64,000 nucleotides of DNA from Octopus vulgaris (GCA_951406725.2 OX597829.1:2170001-2234000); one strand, 5' to 3'. Positions 13,321 through 26,865 are shown, counted from the stretch's first letter. Numbers and translations are program-made. Notes: generated by a model not told the origin, from the sequence alone.

Positions 13321-15659
13321 ATATATATATATATATCACGTGATCACGTGACCGACCAGGCCATCAGATGTTGTTACACATTGCTGGTCACAATGCGCTT
13401 CGCATTGTTTTAGCCTTCGAATGACGCCATCCCGCTGGCTAAGCGAGCAGGCCAACAGAAGAAAGAGTGGCCACAGTCAAATGACTGAAACGAGTAAAAA
13501 AGAATAAAAAGAACATATATATATTTTTATCTTCTTTTACTTGTTTCTGTTTTTTACTGTGGCCATGCTGGAGCACTATATATTTATATATATATATATA
13601 TATACGACAGGCTTCTTCCAGTTTCCATCTCCCAAGTCTTCTTACAAGGCTTCGGTCGACCCAAGGCAATAGTAGAAGACACTTATCCAAGGGGCCGTGC
13701 AGTAGGACAGAACCTGGACCCATGTGGTTGGGAAGCAAGCTTCTTAGGCACACAGCCACTTCTGTTACTATATATATATATTTCTTTACTACCCACAAGG
13801 GGCCAAACACAGAGGGGACAAACAAGGACAGACAAACGGATCAAGTCGATTACATCGACCCCAGTGCATAACTGGTACTTAATTTATCGACCCCGAAAGG
13901 ATGAAAGGCAAAGTCGACCTCGGCGGAATTTGAACCCAGAACGTAACGGCAGACGAAATACGGCTACGCATTTCGCCCGGCGTGCTAACGTTTCTGCCAG
14001 CTCGCCGTTACTATATATATATACACATATATGTATATACATACAAACACACATACACAAAAAATAAAATGAGCATATACATACATGTGCACACACACAC
14101 ACACACACACATACATAATTACAAGTGCTGACATTTACACACAACAGAGTACAGGCAGAATAATGTACACATACACACACATATGCAAGAATATAAATAT
14201 GCATGTAAACATTAATATAGACAAGCATGTATGTGAATACATTAGCATTGTAATTCTTCTATACAGAAAGCCATGAACACCCCCACTTCACCCTATCCAC
14301 AAACAACCTCACCCCGCTGCCACCACCACCGCCACCACCACCATGCACACCAATTCCTATTGAATCATCAAAAGTATCAATTTGGCATAAATCTCTTACA
14401 AAGCACTTCCTACTCACCCACCCACTGACCCTTCCCTCAAATTTCAAATCCTTCACATATTTCTGGGGGGTGGGGGAGGAAGGAAGTGGAGGTGACAGTT
14501 TGTGTTGGAATTTGGGGGTCATAGCCGGGTGGGGTGGGGGTGGGGGGTAGTTGGGTTTGGTGTAGAAGCAAAGAGTCTGGGGATTAGATTATTTCGTTTA
14601 TTGGTGCCAACAAGGAAGAAATTTCGATCCTCAAGGGTTTATTCACAGATTAACATTTATGTATTTAGATATAACTATACTGCCGCCGCTACCACCACAA
14701 CTCTTACAGTCCCTCTACTACTACTACTACTACTACTACATACTACCACCACACCACTATTGCAGCCACCACCTATAATACAATGGCATAAACAATGTGG
14801 CTACAACTATACTACCACCACAACCATCATTAACCACCCTCTCAGCTACAACAAAGACAACTACAACTGCCTAACCACAACAACGACAAACACCACCCTA
14901 TTCATTACAACCACTTCCACCACCACCATTACTACTACCTATTTCTTTACTACCAACAAGGGGCTAAACAAAGAGGGGACAAACGGATAAGTCGATTATA
15001 TCAACTTCAGTACTCAACTGGTACTTAATTTATCGACCCCGAAAGGATGAAAGGCAAAGTCGACCTCGGTGGAATTTGAACTCAGAACATAACGGCAGAC
15101 GAAATACGGTTACGCATTTTGCCCAGCCTGCTAACGTTTCTGCCAGCTCGCTGCCACTACTACTACTACCATTGTCACTACAACCATCACCACAACCACT
15201 GCTACTACTACCACAGCTACTACAACTACTATTATCATAGTTAGTACTATTACCACTGCTGCTGCTGCTGCTACTGCTGCTACTACTACTACTACTACTA
15301 CTGCTACTACTACTACTCTTGTAATTAACTTTGTATGCAGTCCATGTAATGTGACTGGTGATAGAAAAGGAGGGGGCATTAATCTGTAAATCCCTTGTCA
15401 AAAAAAAACAAAAAAAAAATGAAAGGAACAAACAGAAGTGGGAACTCTGTAAAGGTGGAGTACAGGCAACCCATGAAGAAGACAATGCCTAATAAAAATT
15501 GATACAGGACAGAGAAGACTGTCTGGTTCAGCTGCCGACAACCTGTCTTATGTCCATGGTTTGATAAAATGGCCTTGGTCCTTGCTCTAAAGGGGCTGCT
15601 GACAGGAGGGGCCATCTAGTCAGGAAAACAAGGTCCTCACCATCACCAGATAAAATAAG

Positions 15660-15930
15660 CAGTGAACATGTCATATATAACATTGGTGATTGTATACTGC
15701 ATAGGCCCTTGGGCATATTTTGATATTGTTGAAGGGGCAATTAGTTAGTGTGCACCCCATAGTGTTACCTGTGGTATTATTCCTTGACAGAAATTTCCTG
15801 AGGGATAGACCAGTGTGCACCATCTGTATGTTAAGTCCCTCCCTATGGATCACAAGGGCAATTGAAGGAAGCACATTTCAGACTTGGGTTTAAGGGCTTT
15901 GATACTTTGAAAATATTATTGTTTGACCAC
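15660..15930 (-). mobile_element. Possible Penelope-like element ORF remnant (RT to GIY-YIG linker)
   Basis: LNIQMVHTGLSLRKFL ... CTLTNCPFNNIKICPRAYAVYNHQCYI resembles the Cys-rich linker and VY..C pattern that precedes the GIY-YIG domain. Short and decayed. Confidence 0.3.
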
Positions 15931-15959
15931 AGATGATAGATAGCCATTGTGTGCTAAGT

Positions 15960-16497
15960 TCTCACAAAGGATATGATGAAAGACCGAGACCTCTGGAGAT
16001 ATGCTGTGACTTCGAAGACCTAACAAATGAAGTGAGTCCATGGTTTGCAGGATGGCCTGCTGTGCTAACCTTGGATCGTAGAGTGACCCGCTGTTCTTGA
16101 GAAGACCTAATGAATCAAGTACGTCAACACCAACATCAAAATAAAAATCAAATGGAAATTGTAGTTAAGATACCCGTGCCGGTGACACGTTAAAAGCACC
16201 ATCCGAACGCGGCAGATGCCAGCACCGCATGACTGGCGTCTATGTCGGTGACATATAAAAGCACCAACTGATCATGGCCATTCGCCAGCCTCGTCTGGCA
16301 CCTGTGTCGGTCGCACGTAGAAAGCACCCACTACACTCACAGAGTGGTTGGCATTAGGAAGGGCATCCAGCTGTAGAAACACTGCCAGATCAGACTGGAG
16401 CCTGGTGCAGCCTCCTGGTTTTCCAGACCCCGGTCGAACTGTCCAACTCATGCTAGCATGGAAAACGGATGTTAAACGATGATGATGATGATGATGA
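15960..16497 (+). mobile_element. (ATG)n-tailed retroposon family C, probably the 3' UTR of an RTE LINE, with internal GTGCCGGTGGCACGTAAAAAGCACC repeats
   Basis: Conserved ggttggcgttaggaagggcatccagctgtagaaac ... ggacgttaaacgatgatgatg. This copy extends into gaccgagacctctggagatatgctgtg (DRDLWRYAV, an RTE ORF end). Other copies at about 2580-3200(-), 4470-4722, 22635-23157, 23720-24128, 28905-29232(-), 30636-30988(-), 36849-37084(-), 40271-40428(-), 47160-47616, 53525-53938, 58725-58969 and 59957-60092. Confidence 0.8.
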
Positions 16498-17074
16498 GAT
16501 TTCATTTCACCTGCATGCAGCTTTGCTCTGGTGAGCAGGGCCGACTCATAGTGTATGAACAGGTCCCTACTGGTTGCTTTCCTGTAAAAATTAGTATACT
16601 AACACATACAGCACAGACACTGTTAAAGCACTACAAATTTCTGGATGTTTTCTAAAACCTTTGAAATGACATGGGACAGGTGGAATATTTAAACCAAACT
16701 GAAGACATTATTGAATTTCTATCAACATTAAAATATTCTTCTCTTTCACGCCTCCACACATTATATACCATTCCATGTTCCATGTACTGATACAAATACA
16801 AATTAAAACCTCTATATATAAGTAAATATTTAAGTGTTGGATATGTTCCTAGCAGAAAGCAGACGAAGCAAGTTCCCTGCTTGAGGCTACTTGACATCAT
16901 CCATGGTATTCACACAATTGTCACTAGATCAACCACAAGAATTCTGCAGTGTATGCTGTGTATATAACAAACGATAGAGGTGGTAAATGGAATATATGAG
17001 AGACTTTATAAAGTTTCTCATATATTCCATTTTCCCTCTCTATCATTTGTTTATATATATATATATATATATTT

Positions 17075-17435
17075 AAAATAAGCAACAAGGATATCCAAGG
17101 TAGAGTAGTACAATTGTTTCATGCTACTTCATTTTATTAAACAATGTAATTATTACATCAGTTTTAAAATGTAAAGCAATCTTCAACCACATATAGAATT
17201 TTTTAATTAAATGGACAATGCACATTTTATACTTATTTCATTTACTGATGTAATACTTACATTGTTTAATAAAATGAAGTAGCACGAAACAATTGTACTA
17301 CTCTACCTTGGATATCCTTGTTGCTTATTTTGATTATAATCACCCCATTTGATTTATATGGATAATACCATACAAAATTCTGGTGCCATTAACGTAAGTA
17401 CCATATTCATCTGATTCTAAATTTTGCTGAACTTA
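17075..17435. repeat. Asymmetric fold-back element with 88-bp inverted arms, between (TA)n tracts
   Basis: Arms 17075-17162 and 17244-17331, extension to about 17435. An arm fragment recurs at 26758-26785. Confidence 0.9.
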
Positions 17436-18299
17436 TATATATATATATATATAAGGACCTGTGTGGGGTAGAAGGATGGTGTATTTACAATGCAGCACTT
17501 ACCCTGAGCTTTAGGCTATCTACTCTGTTGTTGGATCACATGTATCACCTTAATGTTTAAAACTGCGAATATTAGATATATTTTTAACTTTGAACTTTTG
17601 CATGAACTGGTATTGAAAGTGGAGTTGGTACGAAAACAATTGTAACTGAACAATTGTATAGATGTGTTAAAGTCATTCTTGGTCTCCTTATTTGGATTTT
17701 ATAAATGTGTGTGTGTTGGTGTGTGCATGAATGCACACATGTGTATTTCTATATATTCATGCATGTATGAATGTCAATGTCTTCTCAAATATGCAAACGC
17801 AAGCACAACTTCCCAACCAAAAGGTTTGGGGTTCAGTTCCAGTGCTTGGCAATTTGGGCAAGTGTTTTTGTATGTGCATATGTGTATATGAGAGAGCTCA
17901 AGTATGTAAGAGAAAGAGTGAGGTAGTGTGCATGTGTGTGTGAGAGAGAGAGAGAAAAAGAAGGAGATAATGTATGTGTTTGTATATAAAGGGAATTGGC
18001 AATTTAAAATCATATTGCCAGTTCCATAGAACCTATAAACTATTTTTTTTACTACCCACAAGGGGCTAAATGCAGAGAGGAAAACGAACAGATTAAGTCG
18101 ATTATATTGACCCCAGTGCATAACTGGTACTTATTTAATCGACCCCGAAAGGATGAAAGACAAAGTTGACCTTGGCAGAATTTGAACTCAGAGTGTAATG
18201 GCAGACGAAATACCGCAAAGCATTTTGCCTGGCGTGCTACCGTTTCTGCCAGCTCGCCGCCTTTGGACCTATAAACTATCAATGGACATTCAAACCTAC

Positions 18300-18407
18300 C
18301 TGTTCTCCCTGTCCTTGACCATCTTTAATGCAAGACTCCAACTGGAACCGTTCGTTAGGTCCTCGGAACCGAGTATCAAGACATAAATTGCTAGCTTTGT
18401 TGCGAAT
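18300..18407 (-). CDS. GALNT10: GALNT10-like exon, ricin-B lectin alpha repeat
   Basis: IRNKASNLCLDTRFRGPNERFQLESCIKDGQGQGEQ with the CLD motif. Acceptor tcacag, donor gtaggt, 108 bp, phase 0/0. Confidence 0.92.
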
Positions 18408-19738
18408 CTGTGAATATAAAAATATTTTAAAAATTATATAAAATATAAAATTATATTTTTGAATTAGAGCATCACTTTCCACACACACACACATACACAC
18501 ACTCACACACAAACACACACACACACGTAAATGTATTTAGATGGTCACAGTTGGAATACCTCTGCTTATTCCCAGGAAAACTCTGACTGAACAACAGACT
18601 CCAAGAAATATTTTTGTATTCTAAAATTAAGGGAAGTTAAATCTGAGTGAATCATCGTGATAGCATTGACATCTCGCTGCTACCTTGACAACCAGGATTA
18701 TTCTTTCTTTAAGCATAAATTTGAAAGCCGAGTCATCAGACAGGAGTTCCAATGAGATGGAAGTGTTGCTGAAGAGGTCACAGGTGTGTGACAAAAGATT
18801 TCCTGATAATGGGCATAAGATAAAATAAGAACAATAATAAATAAGTAAAGAACATATATAATGTTTGTTCACTGTAGCCATGCTGGAGCACCACCTTTAG
18901 TCAAACAAATCGACCCCAGTACTTATTCTTTGTCACCCTAGTACTTATTCTATCAGTCTCTTTTGCCGACCGCTAAGTTACGGGGATGTAAAAAAAAAGC
19001 TTTTTTTAGCAAGAAAAAAAAAAAATGACCATTCTTAAATATAACAATATTTGAATTATCCACAACATTACTATGATTTTAAAATTCGAAGTAGAACAAA
19101 CCAGAAGGAAATATAGTTATCACCAGCTAAATATACTCACAAGTCTTTCACTTGTAACTAATTTGACAAGTGCCACTGCACAAAACTCTTGGACCTGCTA
19201 AATATTTATATATATATAGGCATAGGAGTGACTGTGTGGTAAGTAGCTTACGAACAACATAGTTCCTGGTTCAGTCCCACTGTGTGGAACCTTGGGCAAG
19301 TGTCTTCTACTATAGCCTCGGGCCGACCAAAGCCTTGTGAGTTGATGTAGTAGACGGAAACTGAAAGAAGCCCGTTGTATATATGCACATATGTGTGTGT
19401 GTGTGTGTTTGTCCCCCCGACATTGCTTGACAACCGATGCTGCTGTGTTTACATCTCTGTAACTTAGTGGTTCGGCAAAAGAGACTGATAGAAAAAATAC
19501 TAGAGTGACAAGGAATAAGTCCTGGGGGTCGATTTGTTTGACTAAAGGTGGTGCTCCAGCATGGCTACAGTCAAATGACTGAAACAAGTAAAAGTGTAAA
19601 AGAGAGAATAAAGAGTATACACACACATACATATAGATAATCATTTTATTATAATGAATTTTGAACTTTCACCGGTAGTAGGCCTTTTCTGTTAATTGTC
19701 TCAGTTTGTATGCTTATAAATATCCCCTTTAACTAACA

Positions 19739-20108
19739 CTAGCACTATGACCCGGCAACGCTGGGTCACAGTGCTAGTGCATGCATATACAGCTGCATGC
19801 ATGCGCACATACACACAAGTACTGTCCAAATCTCCAATCACATACAGTTAGCTGGCATTCAATTGGCGTATCAAGTTTCAGGCATTTTGATTGGGTTTTG
19901 GGTAGAAAATTCACAAAAAAGTCACTTCTATTGATTTTTTAATGGCTTTGCGGGGAGACTGGGGAAATGTAAAGAGGTGCACGACCACCCTTGGACGGTT
20001 TTTGAATGACCACAGAAAGTGCAAGCCCTCTAACTGAAAAATTGTGGATTTGTATAAAGATACACACATACACACAGACAGACATTTTGCTGTTTATATA
20101 TAGAGAGA
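19739..20108 (-). mobile_element. Non-autonomous Helitron
   Basis: Minus-strand A|TCTCTCTATATATAAACAGCAAAATGTCTG head resembles the 29963 element. Terminal hairpin and CTAG|T at 19742-19738. Confidence 0.75.
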
Positions 20109-20357
20109 TGCATAAGAGTGTGTGTGTGTGTGTGTGTGAGTGTGTGTGTACATATATATTTTAACAAGTACTTCTTTCATTATCCTGATTAACTACACAT
20201 TCATACACACAGTATGGAAAATTAGGAATGTGGATGGTCAAGTTCGAATGTTTCCAGGCAACAAAGATTAACTCACCAGCCTTAGCAATGGTTTCTCTTC
20301 CAGAGTGATCCATTAGAAGAAAAAAATAAGGAGAATTAAACAACAAACAATACGCAC

Positions 20358-20579
20358 CTCTCCATCAGCAACATTTGGTGGTTCTACAGGTGGATAAAAC
20401 TTTGGTATATCAAATGCCACTTCTTTCATGAACCAGCTGAAAGGTTTGCAATTTAACCGTTTTCTTATATCCAGCTGTGCACTTATATCACCTGGGTTGA
20501 TATCTCTGTAGTGCGGCCGCCGAAGATATATGTATTCTTTATATTCATCCATCCATACTTCTGCAACTCTGCGATAATT
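20358..20579 (-). CDS. GALNT10: GALNT10-like exon (end of catalytic domain and linker)
   Basis: [74 protein letters not shown], with the conserved AEVWMDEY and C.PF.WF motifs. Acceptor ttgaag, donor gtgcgt, 222 bp. Confidence 0.95.
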
Positions 20580-21013
20580 CTTCAAAAGAAAAAGCAAATA
20601 AATAAATAGACATAATAATAATAAAAACAAAATGCAAGTGAAAGGATGTTGAAGATTAATTTATTTAATTTGTTTTAATTACAAGATTGTATCATTCTAA
20701 ATAGTCTTGTAAACTTTTCTTTCTTTACACCTGTGTGGCTTCGTTAATAGAACCCACATGTTAACAAAGACCACATGTCAGCAGGTTATAGCGTTTAGTA
20801 GAGAGACCACATGTTGGTAATATCTGGAAGTCGAATGAGAACCAAATGTGGAGTTGAGTGAGTATTACAAACTAACACACACACACACGAACACTAATGT
20901 ACACGTGTATGTGTGTGAGAGAACATATATATATATATATACACATATATATATATGAAAACTGTACTGGGAGAAGAAGAAACAAAACGAAACGGAACGA
21001 ATCATACACACAA

Positions 21014-21058
<45 letters not shown>

Positions 21059-22314
21059 ACAAGAGAACAAGAGAGAATGCCAAAGAGAATGAGTGTGTGC
21101 ACGCAAGAGAAAGAGAAAATGTATGTAAGAGGGACAGTGTGTGTGTGTGTGTGTGTGTGTGAGAAAGGAAAATGTGTGCATGTGAAAGAGAGAGAATGTG
21201 TGTCAGTGTTGAGTGAACTTAGTCATTCAATAGGCAACAACTCATTAAGTAGGCTCCAGGTTAAGTACTTAATGCACAGGAGAACACATCAACACAGCAG
21301 AAAGCCCAGCAGAAACCATTTACACAAAGGAGGCTTCATGACTCATTAAAACAACAGAGATTCTATGATGGATCATAGACAAATCTCCATTAATGAGAGA
21401 GAGAGAGAGAGAACTTCTTAATTCACCATAAGATTGAGAAAAAAAGAGGGGACAATACGCGGGGGGGGGGGGGGCAGACAAAACAAACGTTGGGGTCAGG
21501 GTATCGAATGAGCCGAAACCACGTGTGAATAAACAAACAATTAAAATATATGCAATTAAATGAGAATGAGTGATTAACAAAAAATGAAGTGGAGGACGCG
21601 GTTGACCCCACAAACCACATACTCACACTGAAGACTTTGCTTTCTCCTTTTTATATTCTCGTTTAAACAGGTTCTTTCCCTCGCAACATATTTCCTATAG
21701 ACTTCCATCTTTTACGAAACACACTTTGCGACAAGCATTTCTTCTCCAGCCTTATTTTCCGTTTCATGTGGAAAACGAAAAAGTCGATTAGCTCGAGACT
21801 GGAGATGAACATGCCTGTTGCAATTCCTTTCACTCTCGTCTTCCGAGGGAGGGGGACACGCACACAAAGTAGGATTTGAACTAAAGTCACTGAAGCCAGC
21901 GACCCAGTATATTTGTAGACAAATGAATGAAACTAAAAAAAGAACAAAACAATTGAACTGTATTGTTTCTTTGTATAACCGAAACTATTTTCAACCTCTG
22001 TCATGTGAAATGTATTGATGTTTCCTGATATTTTAAATATACCGTATTATAGTGGAGAATGCAAATGTTTGTGTCTGTTTGTCTCCCACCATTGGTTGCC
22101 AATTGGTGTTGATGTGTTTATGTCCCCATAACTTAGCAGCGTGGCAAAAGCAACAGACAAAATAAGGACCCGGTTTTAAAAAATTCATTCGACTAAAATT
22201 TCTTCATAGCAGTGCCCCAGGAGTGCCATAGTCTAATGACTGAAACAAGTAAAAAAAAAAAATTTTTTTTAAAAAGTAAAAAAAATAATAATAAAAACAA
22301 AATGTTTGACATAC

Positions 22315-22425
22315 TCGCCCAACAAAATCTCCAACCCCAGGATTTGGAAAAGGAGCAAATTTCCTGTAAACATGGCCAACTCTTGAACAAGGAGCATCAA
22401 CCATTTCACCACCACATTGCCAAAT
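22315..22425 (-). CDS. GALNT10: GALNT10-like exon (catalytic domain, metal-binding His in CSRVGH)
   Basis: [37 protein letters not shown]. Acceptor ttttag, donor gtatgt, 111 bp, phase 0/0. Confidence 0.95.
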
Positions 22426-24415
22426 CTAAAATAAAATCATAAAATAAATGAAAAGCAAAATCAAATTTTGGATTCTTTTATTAGAATATAGTTTTCTCCA
22501 TTCCAGGTGAAATCAGACGGAAGACATTCAGAAACATTTAAAATGTCAGGTATATCTTTTAACAGATCAGGGAATTACGAGGGACAGGGCCCCTACTTTG
22601 TTAATGGGCCATGAATTAATGGGTTAGGGAATAACAAGATGACTGGCATCCGTGCTAGCGAGGTGCAAAGAGCACCATACGAGGGTGATCGTTGACAGAG
22701 TGGCTAACCAGCTTCCATGCCAGTGGCACATAAAGGGGCACCATTCGAGTGTGATCGTTACCAGCATCGCCTTACTGGCACTTTTGCCCGTGCTAGTAGT
22801 GTGCCAAGGGCACCATCCAAGTGTGATTGTTGCCAGAGCAGCCAACTCGCTCTGTGTCGGTGGCACATAAAAGGGCACCATTTGAGCGTGATCATTACCA
22901 ACGTCACCTTACTGGCACCTTACTGGTGGCATGTGTAAAAAGATTCAAGCGAGGTCATTGCCAGTATCACCTGACTGACCCCGTGCCGGTGGTACATTAA
23001 AAGCACCCACTACACTCTTGGAGTGGTTGGCATTAGGAAGGGAAAAACTGCCAGATCAAGATTGCAGCCAGGTGCGGCCTTCTGGTTTGCCAGCCCTCAG
23101 TCAAAATCGTCCAACCCATGCTAGCATGGAAAGCGGACATTAAACTATGATGATGATTAATGGCTTCTACCTTATTAATGCATTGTTGGCCTCTACCATA
23201 ATAATAGGTCATAGGGTCGCTCTCTGCTGTATTAATATCTCAGGTCCCTATTGTATTAATGGTTCATGGTATCTTGTGATTGGGGAGGTCTACAGGTTGG
23301 AGTGGCCTTCAGGTTAGGGTGTACCACTCAAGATCACAAGATCATGGTTCTGATTCCTGGACTGGTTGGTGCATTGTGTCTTTGAGCAAGACACTTCATT
23401 TCACTTTGCCTCAGTCTACTCAGCTGTAAACAAGCAACACTGCAATAGAGCTGTGTCCTGTTCAGAGAGGAATATTGTGATCTCAATCAATTATTATATG
23501 CCATAGAAACCCTGTAACTGGCCCTTTATGTCTGAGGGCCAGTTGAATCAGGACTAATATGGAAGTAAACAACAGCAGTAAGAACAACACATTCAACTGC
23601 AGATGAAGAATTGACTCTTTGAAACATTACTATCACTCTGGTGCAAACCCATTGACAGAATTCTCTCTTTTTAGCCAAAATCAATTCCAGATAAGCAGAT
23701 GCTTTCAAAAATGCATAAGAGATATTTCTCTCTCAAGACCTGTTGAGGCAAGTGAAAATCGAAATCGATCAACATCAATGGAAATTGTAGTTGTGATACC
23801 AGTGCCAGTGGCATGTAAGAGAACCATCTGAACGTGGCCCTTTGCCAGTGCTGCTCCGACTGGCCTCCGTGCCGGTGGCACATAAAAAGCACCATCCGAT
23901 CGTGGCCGATTGTCAGCCTCATCTGGCCTCCATGCTGGTGGCAATGTAAAAGGCACCATCCGATCGTGGCCGTTGCCAGCCTCGTCTGGCACATAAAAAG
24001 CACCCACTACACTCACGGAGTGGCTGGCATTAGGAAGGGCATCCAGCTGTAGAAACACTGCCAGATCAGACTGGAGCCTGGTGCAGCCTTCTGGCTTCCC
24101 AGACCCCAGTTGAACCGTCCAACCCAATGTTAGAAGAAAAGAAAATAAATAAATTATTTTCAATTTCTAAATGAATTTAGATTAACTCATTTCAAAATCA
24201 TTTGTTAAGTCATGGAACAGATTTCCCTTTTAATCCTTTAGTCCAGTAGGAAAGGCAATACCCTCGACACTTTGTAAGGCTACTGAGATTGGTAAGAGGA
24301 GAGGAGAGAGGTATTCTTGAACTGAAAATTTGATCTAAATATTTGAAACAGTGTGGCTATATGTTGGCAGAATGCTCTAGAATTAGAATCTGAATAATCA
24401 AAAGACATTTCTTAC

Positions 24416-24533
24416 CTTAAATGATAATTCATATTGCTCTCCTCCCCAGATGTCCAATCCTGGGTCATATCCTCCAAGGTCCCAGAACCAATCTCGATCA
24501 ATGGCAAACAAACCACCTGCCATAACTGGGCTC
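24416..24533 (-). CDS. GALNT10: GALNT10-like exon containing the Gal/GalNAc-T motif
   Basis: Not in the ORF track; translated by hand as (K)[46 protein letters not shown] rather than WGGEN is typical of the GALNT10 subfamily. Acceptor ttacag, donor gtaaga, 118 bp. Confidence 0.95.
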
Positions 24534-26779
24534 CTGTAATTAACACAACAAACTAATAAGAAAACATATACAAACAAAAAAAAAAACTGCTATATTCTGA
24601 GTCACACTTTTTTTTTTTGCTGTTGATCACTGACTACTTTTGTTGGTTAACAATCTGTTAATTATTTACGTGTTCAATTGTTTAGCAATAATTATAGTCA
24701 TACTGCTATTTTCAATTACTGATCTATGGTGTACGCAGGCAAAATGCTTAGGCAGCATTTCGTCCTTCTTTACATTTATGAGTTCAATTTCCACTGAGGT
24801 CAACTTTGCTTCTCATCCTTTCAGGATTGATAAAATAAGTACCAGTTGAGTACAGTTGGTTGATGTTCTTTTCTTTATTAGTCCTCATTTTGTACTCATG
24901 GAGGGTCACACCACTGTCACTGGTCACCTTCCCACCAAATGCAACCTGCAGCATTCTTTCATGATTATCCCTAGGGGTAGGCATGCAAGGACTTGATCTC
25001 CATCATAACACTATCCTCAACTCCAACCAGTCCTCTTCCATCTTTCTACCTAGGTAAGTAAAGCCATACCACCACCACAACCACCAACACCACCACTAAT
25101 AATAATAATAATAATGATTTCTTTATTGACCACAAAGGGATTACATTAAGAAAAATTTGGACAGTAAAGGACAAATCAAAGTATGTGTGTGTGTGTGAGT
25201 GTATTGTTGTGAAGGTTTTGCATATAAACAAGTTTAATATACAGGTGGGAAAAAAACAAACAATTTTAACAATGTATAATCCTCAACAGGGCGGAGACTT
25301 TCAAGGGCGGCAGCATTCTTTCATCATTATCCCCAGGGTAGACATGCAAAGACTTGATCTCCATCATATCTTTATCTGATACTCTAACAAGTCCTCTTCC
25401 ACCTTCATTCCAAGATAAGGAAAGCCATGCATGGCCATTATCTTCTTAGGCTTACTGTCTATGCTAGCCTATTTATTTACTCCCCACAAGGGGTTAAACA
25501 CAGAGGGGACAAACAAGGACAGACAAACAGATTAAGTCAATTATCAACCCCAGTGCGTAACTGGTACTTATTTAATCGACCTCGAAAGGATGAAAGGCAA
25601 AGTCAACCTCGGCAGAATTTGAACTCAGAACATAGCAGCAGACGAAATACCACTATGCATTTCACCCGGTGTGCTAACGTTTCTGCCAGTTCGCCGCCTT
25701 TGTCTATGCTAACCAGTTCCCGTCCTTTATCCATTTAACAACTCCTGCTCATGATGAATGACCAAGGCCTGTAGCATGAGGATGTGCTTGAGAAGAAGAT
25801 ACATCAAGCCAAGTAAAGCTGCAGTCGTGCCAGATACTGGTGTCATGCAAATGGCACCTTTGCTGGTGGCACATAAAAAAATACCCATTACAGTCTCAGA
25901 GTGGTTGGCATTAGGAAGGGCATCCAGCCATAGAAAACCATGCCAAAACAGATTGGAGTCTGGTGCAACCTTCCTGCTTGCCAGCACTGGTCAAACCATC
26001 CAACCCATGCCAGCAAAGGCAACAGATATTAAATGATGATGATGATGATGATGATGATGATTGATGATGATGTGTGTGTATATGAGTGTGTGTCTTTCAG
26101 TATGCATATGTATCTTTACAGCATGCCCAAGCATTGACACCCCTGTTAAGGTTTCCTCCATTCAACTTGGATCTACATGGCTTTTTCACTTTTCTGGAAT
26201 ATTCAGAAGAAATATTTTCCATCATCCTGGGCCTAATTGTAAATAATAACAATGAAATCTTATAAACTCTTTCGAAATCACATATCTTTTACATTCTTCT
26301 AAACTTGCAAATATACCCATTTCTTTACTACCCACAAGGGGCTAAACACAGAGGGGACAAACAAGGACAGACAAATGGATTAAGTCAATTACATTGACCC
26401 CAGTGCGTAACTGGTACTTAATTTATCGACCCCGAAAGGATGAAAGGCAAAGTCGACCTCGGTGTAATTTGAACTCAGAACGTAACGGCAGACGAAATAT
26501 CGCCAAGCATTTCGCCCGGCGTGCTAACATTTCTGCCAGCTTGCCGCAAATAAACCTTTTAACAAAATCTTAATTCTCAGAACCTAGCCTCCTTTCCTTA
26601 CAATATAAATCATTGCTAGTCAAATGTAACATTCAACTTGCTGCTGGTTGAGGGTCTCTGGGTGAGACTTGGAACAACATGTATAAAATAAAACAACAAC
26701 AATGAAAAAAAACCCCTTTAATGTCCCTTTTTTTAATGCTGGCAGGGATTGGACAGGGATATCCTTGTTGCTTATTTTG

Positions 26780-26865
<86 letters not shown>

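Noticed and set aside
14660-15320. Poly-Thr, poly-Ser and poly-Val mucin-like ORFs
   Set aside because: (ACT)n/(ACC)n trinucleotide repeats interrupted by a SINE, with no splice or start context.
16511-16581. Cryptic minus-strand exon (tttttacag ... cag|gtgaaa) between the lectin exons
   Set aside because: Weak donor, early in-frame stop and no lectin similarity; cannot be supported without transcript data.
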